Positions 35,004 through 48,673 are shown, counted from the first letter of the whole stretch. The stretch is 62,848 nucleotides of DNA, filler included, from Trypethelium eluteriae (GCA_051942245.1; 2 parts of 2 records of this genome joined end to end with filler, not necessarily neighbours in it), one strand, 5' to 3'. Program-made: numbers and translations. The notes: generated by a model not told the origin, from the sequence alone.

Positions 35004-37538
35004 TCATTGCATGGGTTGTGTCACAGAGTGCCATGTCCTTGGCACATCCATGCTTCTTGCCGCTCTTGTTCCCGGAGTCAAAGGTACCTCAACCCGACTT
35101 CGGGTCTCGCGAAGGTCATCACCGTCATCATCATAAGCATCTGAGAGTCTTGAGAAATAGTCGGCCAGACCCGAAGTTGGGCTGGCAATGCTCTCATACT
35201 GAGGGGGAGGCGTCACTAGCGGCGGAGGAGGTTCTTCATCCTCAAAGGCAGGAGGATTGAAGGAAGGTATTCGAAGCAGGTGAATTGGTCTGTGAACCGC
35301 ATGAGCGTTTGGACCCCCTATGTGAGCCTGTTGAGGATGCGCTAATCCAGGACTTTGAATATCAGGTTCCTGGCTCTCGCGGGGGCCATTCAGAGAATTG
35401 AGAGTCGGAACGAAAGAGGTCGGTGTAGTTCGTCGAGGGGCAGCTCCAGGACAACCACACTCGAACAATTGCGACCCATCGGTGGCTGTTTGAGGAGAAG
35501 AGTACGCAGGTAAAGCAGTATTGGCCTGGGTTGCTCTACAGCTAAGGATGTGGAAGGGCGAATCAATGGAGATTTCAAAATGACGGCGCCGACTTGGATC
35601 ATTCTGATCCGGTTTAGACAGTCGCATTACAATCTGAAAAGCTCATTAGCTGTGTTTGCAGATTGACACCGTTTTGATAATATTGACTTGCCTTGATCCA
35701 ATGATGCACTTGGATGTTCTGATAAGTAGTATCAAAATGGAGCTTTTGTACCTTCTCTTTTTCTCGGGTGTTGTGACAACTGGGTAGTTGGACATTGAAT
35801 TCCATTTCTGTTGGTCCTATATTGGACTCGCCATCCAAATTGCCAAGTAAATTGGTCGTATCTGAAGTTGGAACCTCCTCACCACGAGCAGCCGCCGCTC
35901 TGCGGTTGTACGGTATTCCTCCACCCGACAAAATTCGCATGGAGCTTCCTGGAAATGTACTTGAGCTGGGCCCATCGGCACGCTTCTCGAAAAGCTGAAC
36001 TTTTCTTGTAGGCTCCATTCGATGCACGCGTTTGCCGTTACAGAAATATTCAATATTTTCCGTGACGAAAACTTTGATTCGATGACACTGCACTTTGGCC
36101 AAAGGGGTCAATTTGAAGGCGATGGGCACTTGGGACCCCAATGGGAACGACTTGCCCGAAATGACAATGTCGTAGTGAAGTTGATCTTCCCAATTTCGGC
36201 TAATAGCAATCGGTTCGACTTGTTCTAAGGATCCTTCCGAAGGAGTGCGTATCAATGTCACTTCTTTGGTACCCATTAGATTGGCTTTGAATGCGCCAGC
36301 ACGTTCAACGACGGCCTCAAGCTCGTATTTCACGGAGCCAAGCTCAACATCGATAGTTTCCGGCAGTCTGCTATCTAAAGGTAATTCGAAATTGTAGGTG
36401 TAATCACCCGGATGGAACGTGCGATAGCCTCTCTGTGCAACAGATGGACCACTTGTTGACGAGTCTCCTTTTCCGAAGCTTCGGGATTGATTGACTTGTA
36501 GCGATAGCTTCTTGTGATCGCGGCCAGTAAGATTGATGCTCGATGTCATTGGTGATGAACGACCTAAGCCATCTGCCCCATCCGCCTTGGGAACGTTTAG
36601 GGTTGAACCGCTCGAACTCTGATCTTTGCGCAACTCTACATGATCTGCGCATGGACCAGCTTCTGCGGTAGGGAATTGCGCGTTGAAGAAAGGCCAAGTA
36701 TGACTCATGATCGTGTCCGACTCTTCGAATTCTACTTTGCGTGGCGGGATACCTGTACTCCATTAGCATACAACAAATCAAAGTGACATTTCATGTCGTC
36801 GGCACCTTCTGGCCACTTCGTTGTGGCTTTGCCCTTGAATTTCAAGGTGACCGCCTTTATCTTCGCACTTTTTGAGACCCGTAGGTGCAAGTTCCCACGG
36901 AGCATAGCCGTGTTGCCTGAAGAAGTATCATGCTGTTCGAAGCCTTGTAGAAACAGTGCTGGCTCTGCTAGCGAGACTGATGCACTGATGCCATTTCCTG
37001 AAGCTATCGGTTTTTCATCATGAATTGCATTACTACTCTGTACTCGGCCCGAAACATTGCTGGCTGTTGACCGAGTAGCTGTATCTGCCAGAGAAGGTCG
37101 AGACATCGAGCCAGATACGGGGCTACTAATCGACGGCCGGGCTCCTGTTCGCAAGGTCTCTGTCACCACCATCTCCCGCCCCTCCTCCCCCAAGGAACAG
37201 GCTGACGGCCGACCGTCTTGTTCGGATGATCTTGTCGACGAGGCAGATGAGGGTGCAGACGGCGTGGTAGAATTCGGGGCGGAGATGAAAGTACGGAGGA
37301 AGCGCTTAGCGTTTTCTCTTGTGCCCGCCAGCTTTTTAAAGACACGGGATCGTTTCGATCGTAAAAGGGGCTGTTTAGTCCAGTCGTAGTTTTGAGGGAC
37401 GTGTACGATGTGGATGCGATGAGGTCTGCGACAGCGAGATTGGAATAGTCCTGAAGGTACGTCGTAGAAGCTGTACAAATGTTCGGGAATATAGGAAAGT
37501 CGACCTCTTCTGCTGTAGGCTGGCACGTAGTCAGACAT
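35004..37538 (-). CDS. Alpha-arrestin / HECT ubiquitin-ligase adaptor (ApyA/Aly-like); start 37538 or 37172
   Basis: LAEPALFLQGF, MLRGNLHLRV, HTWPFF, FHPGDYTYNFELP..LPET, EPIAISRNWEDQLHYDIVI, HFEISIDSPFHILSC; PY-type motifs LPAY and PPQY. Confidence 0.9.
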
Positions 37539-40272
37539 TTTTCCAGCAAAAATTGAGTTGGTAAATTCATGGGTAAGATGGGCTTCATGAGGAAAAGGTT
37601 AAGATTGAGGCTGTCAAACAGCGACAGGGCATGATATCACGCATGCTCGAGTGATGAGGCCAGGGGGAGCTCTCCGACATGAATGCACTGGGATGCACGT
37701 AGCCGCAGCGTCGGCGTAGTGAAGGTTTTGCAAACAAAGCAAGGGGGTGGATGGGAATGCTCTGCTGACTTACTGGGAAGCAGTACAAGTGAAGGACAAA
37801 GGGAAATAACGATCTGGCCAAGAATATGAGGCAGTCTGGAGTAAATGCTGCGGCAGTCAGGGAGCTCCCGGAAAGCAGCACATGCCCCCGCGTCACCGCT
37901 CTCTCAACTAAACCAAGGTTTCGTCCTTAGGGCAAGCGCGTGTAATCGAGGTACTTCACTTCGCCAGGGATGAAATTCGCAGCGCTTCCCGGAAAGTTGG
38001 ACGGTCGGGGTTCCTGCAAGAAGAACAGTGTGTTGGCACACGCTTGTCTCCGCCGCGTCTTGCTCAGGCGCTGGCTGTTGGCTGCGAAGTCAGCAGAACC
38101 CGGCTACCACCAGATCGACGGAGCCTGCTTATTCATGCGTACCAGCAGTTTGTTCCAGGCTAGAATTCGCGCCTCATGCTTCCAAGAGATGAAGGCTGCC
38201 GATGGAGATGCTTCGGGCGTTCCCCTGCAAGCAACCGTTGTAGAATCCTGCTCTGGACACACCGGCCTCGGTCGCAAGGGAGGGATCCTTGCTGCGTGGG
38301 GAAAACCGGCTGAATTGGGCAAGAGCCGCGGACTTGTGACGAGTTCGGTCTGTGACCAGCGCCCAATTGTGACTTGAGCGCACAGGTATGGAGTACAGTA
38401 ACCGCTCGGGCTGGCTCGCAGGAAATGAAAGGGTTTGAAAATGGTACGGAGTACTTGCAGAATGACTGCATAAGAGCCGCTATAAACACCGTTCTTCAGC
38501 GTTCCACCATAACGCGGTTTTTTCATGACGCAGATCCGCAGGCGAAGCCCTTCAGATCTTGTTCTGCCCGATGTGGATACCCGGGAGGCTTAGATGGGCA
38601 AATGGTCCGGCCTGGACTTAGAGCGCCATCTTTGCTACTGGTCCTGACTCCCGATATTTTACGCGTATGTCAACCGTTGGTTCCATATCGGCCCGCCGGC
38701 TACCTCGGAACAGGGGTTGCTTGCGAGGCGTCCTTTCGTGATGGACTTTACCACACAAGAACTCAAAGGAGTACATTATCAGGAGGGAAAAGCTATCCAG
38801 ATGATCCGCCGAAATCATCCGATCATTTCTTTGCCTCAATGCAAACATGTGCTCGTTCGGAGAAGCATTTTTCGTACGAGGCACAGGGTGAACAAGTGAC
38901 CACGCGACAGGATCAAGACATACCTACATAACCTATCTCCAGGTTTCGTCCAAGCCATTTCCGATGAAGTAGGATGAATGACATGAAAGAAAGCCTGACC
39001 ATTGCGCCTCTCTCAAATGGCTCATCGTCGGGAATAGGCTTGCTGACCAAATCTAGCAGAAAATCTCTTGCCTATTATGAAGTACCAATTTTGAAGGAGG
39101 CCGAAAAGCCTCAGGCTGGCGCGTCTCCATGCGAACCCCGCCACATTCACGAGACCTTCAACCCCACCATGATCTCACGCGCATATTCATTGCTTACTAG
39201 ATACCTAAGGATTACAAGGGTAGCTATATGCCTATCAACAGAAAATGACTCATTTTCAAAGGGAAGCTGGTCACACGGATCCCATTCCTGATGTCAAGAA
39301 AGCTTTACTGATATTTGTTGAAGCAACTCTGAGCGATAAGGTGTAAAAGTTCTAGGAATCGCGAGAGGTGTAGTCATCACCACAGTAAGATGGATTGTAC
39401 CTGAGATCAGCATGAGTACTGAAACGCTGGAATACGAGAATAGTGATTTCATGGTAAGAGGTCAAGTCATCAATTCACCGATTGGTTATTCGTCTCCGCA
39501 CCTCGCCGACTTCTACAAACAACCGTGGTGCCTCCATAAGGTACACCGCCAGGTCCTCCTGACTGCTGGCGCGTAGACGGACAAGGAGAGGATTTCGAAT
39601 GATAACCAGATGTAGGACGATATCGAAGGATCGATACCCAGACACTTACTCCGCAGAGTTGCGCAAATAAAAAGGATACCTGTTAAGCCACACTTCTAAG
39701 GATTTGATTTGACCCACAAAAATTACCAGTTTCTTGTAATTGCCATAAAGGATCCGCGCTAGCGGTCCGTGGCGCCCTGGCGGTGAAAATTCACCAGGAA
39801 AAAAGAAAGAATGATCATGTTGAGCGGTCCTGTGTTGGAAGATCCTGAGGAAAGTTTTGCTGGAATAAGAGATGAATAAAACTTAGGATTTGATATATGC
39901 AGAATTTACCTAGTTTTCAGAGACTTAAGTGCTTGTTGCTCTGAACCTATATATTGAATGCCGCTTCGAAGCCTTGCATCACAAGGGAAATCGTGAAGTT
40001 GCTGTCATACTAGATATTTTCAGCAGCAGTTCTCATTGTAGTCGTAACGTAGTGCGATTGGTAAGGGAGATAGATAACTGGCAAGGATCAAGAAGTTCAG
40101 GAAGAGCGTCCTATTATGACAATCCTCCACACTGATATGTACAGTCTTTGAGATATTGAGTGTCAAGAAAACAGAAGCTTTGGCGAATTCGTCGAATAGG
40201 TTGCGTTGAGATGATCGAGTACACAATGAGGGAAGTTCAGGAACGGTCCCGTTGGTGCCGTTATTGGCCGAG

Positions 40273-40310
40273 CCGCGAGATCACGTGAGCCCGCGATGCC
40301 ATTAACGCGA
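40273..40310. promoter_or_regulatory. Cluster of MCB/SCB-like CGCG elements (plus a CACGTG) upstream of DPB11
   Basis: CCGCGA 40273, CACGTG 40282, CCGCGA 40291, ACGCGA 40305; ~80-115 nt before the ATG. Confidence 0.45.
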
Positions 40311-40388
40311 ACACAGATCCCACTAAACCCTGCGCACGTCGTAGTTGAACGCAGATGGGGCGAATGCAAGGTCGCATCCAAAGCAACT

Positions 40389-43378
40389 ATGGTCCATGAT
40401 GATTTCAATGGTAAAGTGTTTACAGCTATCAACGATGCCAGTGAGCTCATATTTTCTAGGCAGCACCCACAAACCTCTCGCTGGGGCAGTTCTGTGCTTC
40501 ACCTCCGTGCCTGCGGAGGAGCGCGTGCGTACCACCTCCTGTCTAGATCGACCCCCTAAGAAGCGCATTCAATTAAAAAGATAATAGGGAAAACTTGTGA
40601 ATATTGCGCAGGCTATGGGAGCAATTCACAAACTGGATCTGACCTCAGACGTAACCCACCTGATCGTCGGCAATGTGGATACCGCTAAATACAAGTTCAC
40701 CGCGAAGCAACGTGCTGATATCAAAGTACTTCCGCCCGAATGGATCGAAGCTATGCGGATGCTGTGGATTGGGGGTGAAGACATAGATATCGAGAAGGAG
40801 GAGCTCCGCCATCGACTTCCCACATTCTCTGGGTTAAGAATTTGCCTTACAGGTGTTGAGGACGGTGGGTCATATTCTCAGGCTTTACATTCTCAACAGA
40901 CTTATATGAAATAGCCAAAGAACGGCATAGTATCAGTGAACGAGTAACGCTCCACGGCGCCCATTATGAAGGCAACCTTTCGAAGAACGTCACCCATCTT
41001 ATTGCTGTACGTACACACGGACCGAAATACGACAGAGCTCAACAGTGGGGCATTAAGATTGTCTCATGTAAATGGTTCGATGACAGTATCGAGCGCGGAA
41101 TGGTTCTGGAAGAGAATCTATACAATCCCGGTTTGCCCATTGAGAAACAAGGGGAAGGTGCATGGATACGTACCAAAGCAGGCTTTAACAGCATAGGTAC
41201 GGCACTCCAGTGCATGTCATTTGATGATCGCGCAAGCATTCATCACTCACAAGACAACATGCGATCCTTGGAAAATTGTTAATAGTAAGGTAGGCAAACG
41301 AGACCGCTCCTCAGACTGGGCTTCAGAAGACCCAAACACCGCGAAACGAAAGTTGAGACGTACCGCAAGTGCAAAGTTGAGCAGTCAAAATGCAAACATG
41401 TGGGGACAGATATCCGGGCCTGAGCATTCTTCACGAACGGTCAAAGAAGAATCATGCTGGCAGCAGCGAGAGCACTTTGACCCTGGAGGACATGGCCGAT
41501 CGCCACTCGAGCAAACAACAGGCAATTCGCCTCCAAAAGCGAAGCATCAAAACGCGAATGAGAAAATGGCGCCAGGAATGAGCGGAGATAGAAACACTCT
41601 CAAGAATGGTCAGCCTCAGGGGCTCTTCCAGGGGAAGGACGTATGTATCTTCGGTTTTGATTCACAAAAAGTGAGCACATCCCTTATCAGGCAAAATTAA
41701 TCTGCTAAACTGTTATCTCTCAGACCGAGATCTTACGCCATCATCTCGTCACGAGAGCAGCGCACGTGCAGGTGCTTCCCAACTCCAGTGCTAAAGTCTC
41801 CGCTCCATTCCCAGAGAACGGGTTCTTGATGATTCCACACGATTCACCTGCTGATCTGCGTGCTTGTATACCGGAAACGCACGGCAAGCTTACTGTAGTT
41901 AGTGAATGGTGGCTTGAATCCTGTCTGCAAAGGAATCTCCTTGTCGATCCAAGAGAGGACTTGTTTAGTAGCCCGATGCCAACACCGCCTATCCAAAGTG
42001 CGTATGCAGTCGCAACTATGCTTTTCCTTCTTTCTTGTTCGATGTGAGAATGCTGACGATGCACAGATTTCGAGGGCCTCACAATCTGCTCCACGCTCTT
42101 TACCGGTATGGACCTTAAACATCTCGCCAAAGCGGTTGACCTCATGGGTAAGCATTTATTCTTCAATTTGGTATCCACAATTCTGACTTCCTTCAGGAGG
42201 GTCCTTTCACGAGCCTCTGACTAAGGATGTATCGATTCTGATTTGCCGCCTTCAACCAACACTAAGCAATGGGAAATTCGCGTTTGCCCTTTTTCACGCA
42301 ATCCCTGTTGTATCAGTTGATTGGTTCTTTGATAGCATCAAAGTAGGCCATAAGCAGCCTTTAGAGCGTTATCGTCTTGACAGCAACGACTCGTCCAATG
42401 GTCCGGCATTAGGTGAGATTGGCTGTGGTCAGGTCGACCAGCACTCGCCGCCAAAAAATCCGAATCTTGGAGAATTTTCCTTGTAAGTAAAACATCTCAA
42501 ATATTAGAGGCCCAGGACCGATGTAGGCGGTCGCCAAGGATAGCCTTTCGGCAGCCACGCATCAGATTGCAAGCAAATAGACTGATTCAAGAACTTCTAG
42601 GACGAACACCTTGTCAAAGAAAACGAATGGTGGATCTCAAGTTACGAGCGAGACACTGAGAGAGGCTATACCCCAACGAAAAGCGAGTTTACTTGTTCAA
42701 GAAGAACCCAACCACCAAGCAGCTAATACGGGAGTACATGAGCATTCAATGACGCGAAAAGACGACAAAAAGTCGAACTGGTCAAATGGAGGAAGCAATG
42801 AGGCCTCAAAGAGCCCTGAGCATCGACACGTAGTGACTAAGGAATTTAGGGAGCTGGAAGAAACCGTTACTCGCAATTCGGGTGAGCAGCTATCAAAGTC
42901 GGATTCATCTCTTAAACCAGAGTCAGGATGTGACAAGCTTGGTCCTGCCATAACAGAACTGTTAGCTCAAAAGCAATCATCGAGACCTTCATCCGCGTCA
43001 GAAAATCCAACCAAAGACCGAAAGAAACGAACTCTAGGCCGAGCAGCTTCTGGGCCCACGAATCCATCTTCAGAGTCTCTTGGCAGGTCGTACTCCTTAG
43101 GCGCGAACGAGAACGGTATTTCTCAAGGTCTTGACGTGCTTGACGCTCCACCAAGAATAGAGACAATCGAGCCAAGTCAGGCGCTGACGTATGAGGATCC
43201 AGACGTGCAAGAACAAAGGGAGAAGATGATCAAGCGGCTTGGTGGAAAAGTTCAAGAAGCCAGTGGCAGTACCGTTCAGTCAGTTGGGTCGGTCAAAGAT
43301 CTCGTGCTGGAGGAGTCAGGCGTTGGTAGGAGGGTAAGGAGAAGGGCAAAGATGGGCCAAACAAGAGATGGAGGCTAA
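40389..43378 (+). CDS. DPB11: Multi-BRCT replication/checkpoint scaffold Dpb11/Cut5/TopBP1
   Basis: KPLAGAVLCFTS, MGAIHKLDLTSDVTHLIVG...KYK, LPTFSGLRICLTG, VTHLIA..KY..WFDDSIERG.VLEE..Y, EWWLESCL, FEGLTICSTLF; four BRCT-like units over ~8 exons. Confidence 0.88.
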
Positions 43379-43447
43379 GCCGTGTCGCAATTCGCGAATC
43401 ACGAGGAGGAGGCTACGTAAATAAAATGATGATCTATTTGGATAATC

Positions 43448-44730
43448 CTAACTCAACTTGTATGTAGCTGCAAGTCGGTTGTTCAAATGGTCTCGTGCCG
43501 TCATGACGTTTTCTGCAGTGACTTGGGCTTTTCCCGCACCATGCTGTTCTACCAAAGGGCTGGGAACAGGTAACAATTTTTCATCGTCTTGGGGGTGACA
43601 GAAGTACACTATGGAATATCGATCGTCTCCTCCTTTCTTGCCTGTATTTGGGAATATCACTCGATGTACAGTGGATTTCAGAAGACCGTTAGTCCAATAG
43701 GAAAGGAGGTCACCGATGTTGACCAGCACCGGCGGAGTTGGATCGTTATTTGGATTGACGGGCACAGGTGACCAAGTTCCTTGTGGAGTGAGAATTTCTA
43801 GACCCGGCTGTCCAGGCAGTTGGAACAGTAGCGTCACGCTACCGTAATCGCTGTGGGCACCAGCACGTATGTCTTCGGTGAGGCTGTCCGTATCGCCGGA
43901 CACAGTGGGATACTAGAGGAGATATCTTAGACTTCTTCAAATCAGGATAACTCAAGATCGGAGCAGCTCACGTAGAGAAGTCTAAGGACACTGCCCGAGG
44001 GCCCTTTAGACTGGTCATGCCGCTGAGCGAACCAGTCTCCTTCAGTGATCTCATCTCCAATGTCAGCGTCCCATCCGCTTCAAGAAGGAGTGCTCTACCT
44101 CGAGTCCTCTAGCAAGTGTACGAAGAATACGGTTGCAGAGGGCATGACAGGAAGCCTGGAAGCGAGCAATCTCATCATGATGAGCAGCGAGAACTTCTGG
44201 TAGCGGCTGCTGTGCTTTTCCATCAATGAACTCGCCGATGTTGAATGCTCTGTGAATTCTTTAGTGAATAGAGAGGCAAATGGTCTTCAGACTACAAGCA
44301 CACTCTTTGACGTCGCCTCTCTGTAGGTTTCATTAGAATATGTGCGCTCATCACGGCAGGAAAAGCCTCGTGAGGCACTTACTTTCTGATTTCCAGGATC
44401 TAAGGTCTCCTCGCCCATGGATAGCCATCCTTTGTTCTTCCCAGACTTGTTGGAATTAATAGAGCATGTTTCCTTGACAGCAACAGGCGAAGAGAAAAAT
44501 GCTTGAGACTTAGAGAAGTCAGAGCGTTATGATCACGAAACTTGCTAGATGTAATTTACTAATTTGAACAAATGATTGATATGCTCCTGGAGTATTTCAT
44601 CCTCGCCGGCATTCTTCACGAAAAGGAATCCAAGGCGTGAGACGACTTCGACGACATCCTTTCCAACCTTACTTTCGTCTGAGAGATCAATGACCGGAAT
44701 ATCCAGTGGCAACCCGTTGGAAACCGTCAT
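43448..44730 (-). CDS. 2-oxoglutarate/Fe(II)-dependent dioxygenase (IPNS / DIOX_N family)
   Basis: IPVIDLS, GFLFVKN, KGW...ETLD, RAGAHSDYGSVTLLFQ (HxD), NIGDLLSYWTNGLLKSTVHRV, RYS; includes a 17-nt micro-exon. Confidence 0.93.
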
Positions 44731-45056
44731 GGTTCTCTTAATGCATGTGCAAAAGTACTTACGCTACTGTAGGGAGTAAAGCTATGGCCTTTCGCGTGGG
44801 GAAGCGGATGCGAGGCTAGAGTACGGAGGTACAGTAGTTTGTTACATACTCCCGCGTACGATACTCTAAGCTCGGACGCGCTTTGAGTTGCGAGGCTCCA
44901 AACACGCTTTTTTTTCTGCGTCTATTGACTCCCACTGCACGCCCCAGTGACAAGCTGGTGGCAGGCCTTCGCTGGCTACAGCCCCGCTTGATCGCACGCT
45001 CCCATCTATCCTATTTTCGCTTCATTGCCATCTGGTTCACAGCTTACGCCGTCACG

Positions 45057-47583
45057 ATGATTCCCAGCTTCGATGACTTTGCAACACCCCTCTCTGAGGT
45101 CGCACCACTCAGTGAGCTCGATGGAGCTGTCGTCGCCATCGAAGCCAGCCACTACCTCGGTCGCCTCCTCATGAATCCGAGCTCCAAAGAGCCGTTGCTG
45201 GCTGCCCTTGGCGGACTGCCTTTCACCATGCGCACGACCGTCCAGAACGAGATCGCTGCGTTTCGTGATGCCAACATTAAACCGATTTTTGTTTTCGATG
45301 GGCTGGATGTGAGCAAGACGAAGGCAGTATTCCAACAAGCCGACGAAGCGGTTCGGGCCAATACAACTGCATGGAGCCTCTATAATCAGCACCAGGCTGA
45401 AAATGCTGTCACTGCCTTTGGGGAGTCTTGTATGGGTTTCCTTCGCTTTCTACATTGCCTCTAGAAGTTGACCTCTATTTTAGGTGCCGTTACGGCGGAA
45501 TCTTTCTATCGTTATTTCCAACTCTTGCTTCAGGAGCTTGGGGTAGAATTTCAGATTGCCCCGTATAGCGCTCTCGCGCAGGTGAGCACACTTTACGGAT
45601 CACAGTGGAGGCTACTAACACCTCAAAAGCTCGCATATCTGGAACAACGTGGAACCGACTTCGTAGACGCCGTCTCTGGATCGCACGAACTCCTATTATT
45701 TGACGTCGACAAAGTCATTACGAGGCTAGATCCACAGCAAGGAGATTTCATGTGGCTCACAAGACGCGCATGCTTGGAAGGTCTGGGAAATGTTCCTTCG
45801 GATGTCTTCGTCGATGCCTGCATGCTATCTGGCTCCGCGTTCCTTCCTACTCTCCCTCAACTTGAGGCAAACAACTCCCGAAAGCCGACCAAGATCAAAG
45901 CTGCGCTCGATCTCATGAACAGTTTCGGGCGTAGCGGTATCAATGTTTGTCTTCATTATCAGGATGACCCACAATTTCGTCAAATGGACTATCTGGACCG
46001 ATATCGTCGCAGTCGACTGGCTGTAAAACATCACGCCATCCTTACGAAGGATGGAAAGATTGAGCTATTTGACCAGACCTCTGCTCCGGGTGATTCTCAT
46101 GAATTTATCGGGCAGCGACTGCCGGACGAAGTCTACTTCTACATGTCCAAGGGACTCGTCGGCCCAAGGGTTTTAAACTGGCGTACTATCGGCGAGATTG
46201 CACAGGGACCTCCTCTAGATAACGGAGACTCGAACGACTACCAGCGCTTTGTGCGTAGCCAAATTATCCCACTGAGAGTTAGTGCGCTGTCTGCATTGTC
46301 GCACTATCTTCATCGTGTTTACGTTCACAAAGACGTCATGCTTCGCGTCTGGTTCGATAGGAATAATACAAATCCACTGATTATGAGGGATGCCGCTGAC
46401 CCAAAGCCAGTTCTTGCGGGTTGGAATGTGAAATCAGCCCTGTTGAACAGCAGATTAGATCAGCTTAATGTAAAGTATTTTCACATTACGGTGTGATCGT
46501 GAGACTGACATGCTGGCAGGGACGTGGAGTTTCAGGTGCCATCGGCGTCGCTGTTGAAAGCTTAACAGATCCAGCATTTGCGAAGCAGACTAACGTCACG
46601 AAAGACGTCTCAAATGTTCGCTAGACCTCCATGATCATTTGGCCCTTGCTGATATCCTCTAGCTCCTTCAAAGCAAGGACGAAATCGTCTACAACACAAT
46701 GTGGAGATTCCTCCACCTTCGCGGATATATCAACGACGAGCATGGCCTGACGGCATGGGGCAAGGCTTTGGAGCGTGGACTGAATGTTGCAGGATCAGAT
46801 ATCGAGATACAAGAAGCAGTATTTGTAGCTGTCGAGCTTCTTCGCCTTGAGCTTCTCCATCAACATTACATGTTCACGGGGTATAGTCATGCACCCATAC
46901 GCGGTTCCGGTATTATGATCTGTCTCTTCTGGATGCAAGTGGGGATTCGCTAATTAGTGTTCAGATGATGATCGAAGGTACAATACCTTGATCTCGCGCG
47001 TTGCCTCGTTAGGCCGACTTCGCCATAATTCCATCGGCTTTACTGGACCTCTCTCCAGGCATCTCCTTGGCTTTCATTCAATGGTCACGACGATGCGGCA
47101 AGCTCTTCGTGATCTGGAGGAAATGTGTCTTCTCACCCTATTCATGGGTGGCGATGCTGAACGAGATAGGGATGATCTCGCAGAAATAAGTCTCGGGTAA
47201 GGATTTCGTCGGTGCTCCCCGTCAGCGAAGCTAAGCATTTGTCATCAGCCTGCCCTTCCTCACGGACAATGACTGTGGTCTCGGCATTGCCGTCAAATCA
47301 TATCTAGATGAACTCGCTGGACAGCCCGACCCGACGTCGCCTGCCACGCGCGATGCAACCCGTCAGAAGGGTTCAACAGAATGGTTTCCTCACAGTATCG
47401 ACTATCCAGGTGATCTAGAGAAGGCTTTCAAGATCTGGGATGCTGTAAGCCAACATTCTTTGGCACAGTGATTAACGACTAACCTCGCCTCAGGTGTACG
47501 CGGCAGTCAAAGATTCCGGAGATTTGGTGAAGGAGAGGAAATACTGGCGCGAGACGGACGAATGGCTCACGCAGCGTAGATGA
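45057..47583 (+). CDS. MKT1: Mkt1 post-transcriptional regulator (XPG/PIN-like N-terminus)
   Basis: KEPLLAALGGLPF, PIFVFDGLD, APYSALAQLAYL, HEFIGQRLPDEVYFYMSKGL, WRFLHLRGYI..LTAWG, IGFTGPLSRHLL, CGLGIAVKSYLDEL. Confidence 0.93.
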
Positions 47584-47656
47584 GGACGCAAAGCACATGA
47601 ACGTGTTGGGGTTCCTTTACAACAATTACGCAGAGGATAGCATTGGCGTTAGTCCA

Positions 47657-47729
47657 CGAAGATTCCGGATGGGCGGATCGAATCCGAGGTACCACTAGGC
47701 GGCCAAGATCCGCCCGCCGGACGTCTGCG
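47657..47729 (+). other. GC-rich stem-loop in the MKT1 3' region
   Basis: TCCGGATGGGCGGATC (47664-47679) pairs with GATCCGCCCGCCGGA (47707-47721); 27-nt loop; stem extendable by a few bp. Confidence 0.5.
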
Positions 47730-48271
47730 ATGGTTTTCGCTAGCACAAGGGATCAAGGGTGAGATACACCCAATCTGTGGTGTTAGATCTCGTTACGAAT
47801 TTGAGACGGGTCGGAGAGTAGCATCAAGGTGACAGTCATGAGCAGCACGACTTGCTGAAAATGTACGATGAGTATCCAGCACCCAATCTCAATGTTTGCA
47901 TCAGCTATGGAGTTTAAAAGTCTATAATATAAGGCTGAGTTTCCAACACCATTCAGTCCTTTCTGACTGCCCGCTATAGGTAGAGAACTTCTCATAATCT
48001 ATCGTGAAGAAAATTGTCGTGGTAGTATGTGCTACAACGTGCTCAGCTTGCTTCCTGATTCGGTTGGGCAATGTAATTCAAGTGAGCCTCGAAGTGAGCA
48101 GTCCAACCCCCGGGTCAATTAGCAAGGTAGCGCGATCCGACAGATTTCCCGACCGATGTACTGCTCAAGCTCAAGTGGTTACACAAAATCCAGGACAACC
48201 AGTTTCGAGCAAGGCACTGGAAAGGAGATGAATGACATCAAAGATAGCATTCAAGCTGGATCAAGCATTAA

Positions 48272-48593
48272 GGTCAAAATCGGAGAAAGATTTGTGATTT
48301 AGACCAATCAGCGAGCTCTTCCGACATCATCTTGCTGGGCAGGTCATCAGGGGAGAATCCTGCTTGACGTTCTGCTTCGGCTGAATAGTAGTCTTGCCCA
48401 GCGACAAAGCTCCTCAGAAGATCCCGATGGTCAAAATCGGGAAAGAGTGTAGATGTAGACCAATCAGCAAATTCTTCCCGCGTCACTGTGCTAGGTGTGG
48501 CATCAGTAGAGAACTCATCCAAGCCTGCTTGACAATCTGCTTCCGCTCGATTGCCCTCTTGTCCAATACTTAAGCTCCTCAGAAGATCTTGGT
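48272..48593 (-). repeat. Two diverged tandem copies (157 and 165 bp) forming a repeat-containing ORF (48274-48609)
   Basis: Shared anchors GGTCAAAATCGG (48272, 48429), TAGACCAATCAGC, CCTGCTTGAC and AAGCTCCTCAGAAGATC; peptide repeat DLLRS..AEA..QAG..EE.ADWS.S..F. Confidence 0.8.
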
Positions 48594-48673
48594 CGTGTTG
48601 AGACATCATGTCTTTGTTGCTCAGATTTTCAGCAAGCAATTAGATATTGCCTGGAATTATTTGAAGGACGACA

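Noticed and set aside
28960..37538. palI plus arrestin as a clustered Pal pathway (palF)
   Set aside because: The arrestin resembles the ApyA/Aly type rather than PalF, and the genes are separated by an artificial contig join.
37970..39291. ORFs of 100-185 aa between the arrestin and DPB11
   Set aside because: No codon bias or motifs, and they overlap on both strands; likely promoter or UTR sequence.
39775..39797. Small hairpin CCTGG..GGTGAA-AA-TTCACCAGG before an A-run
   Set aside because: Short enough to arise by chance; bacterial-type terminators are not expected here.
45582..45629. Apparent 16-aa insertion in Mkt1
   Set aside because: A 48-nt stop-free GT-AG intron with a CTAAC branch site.
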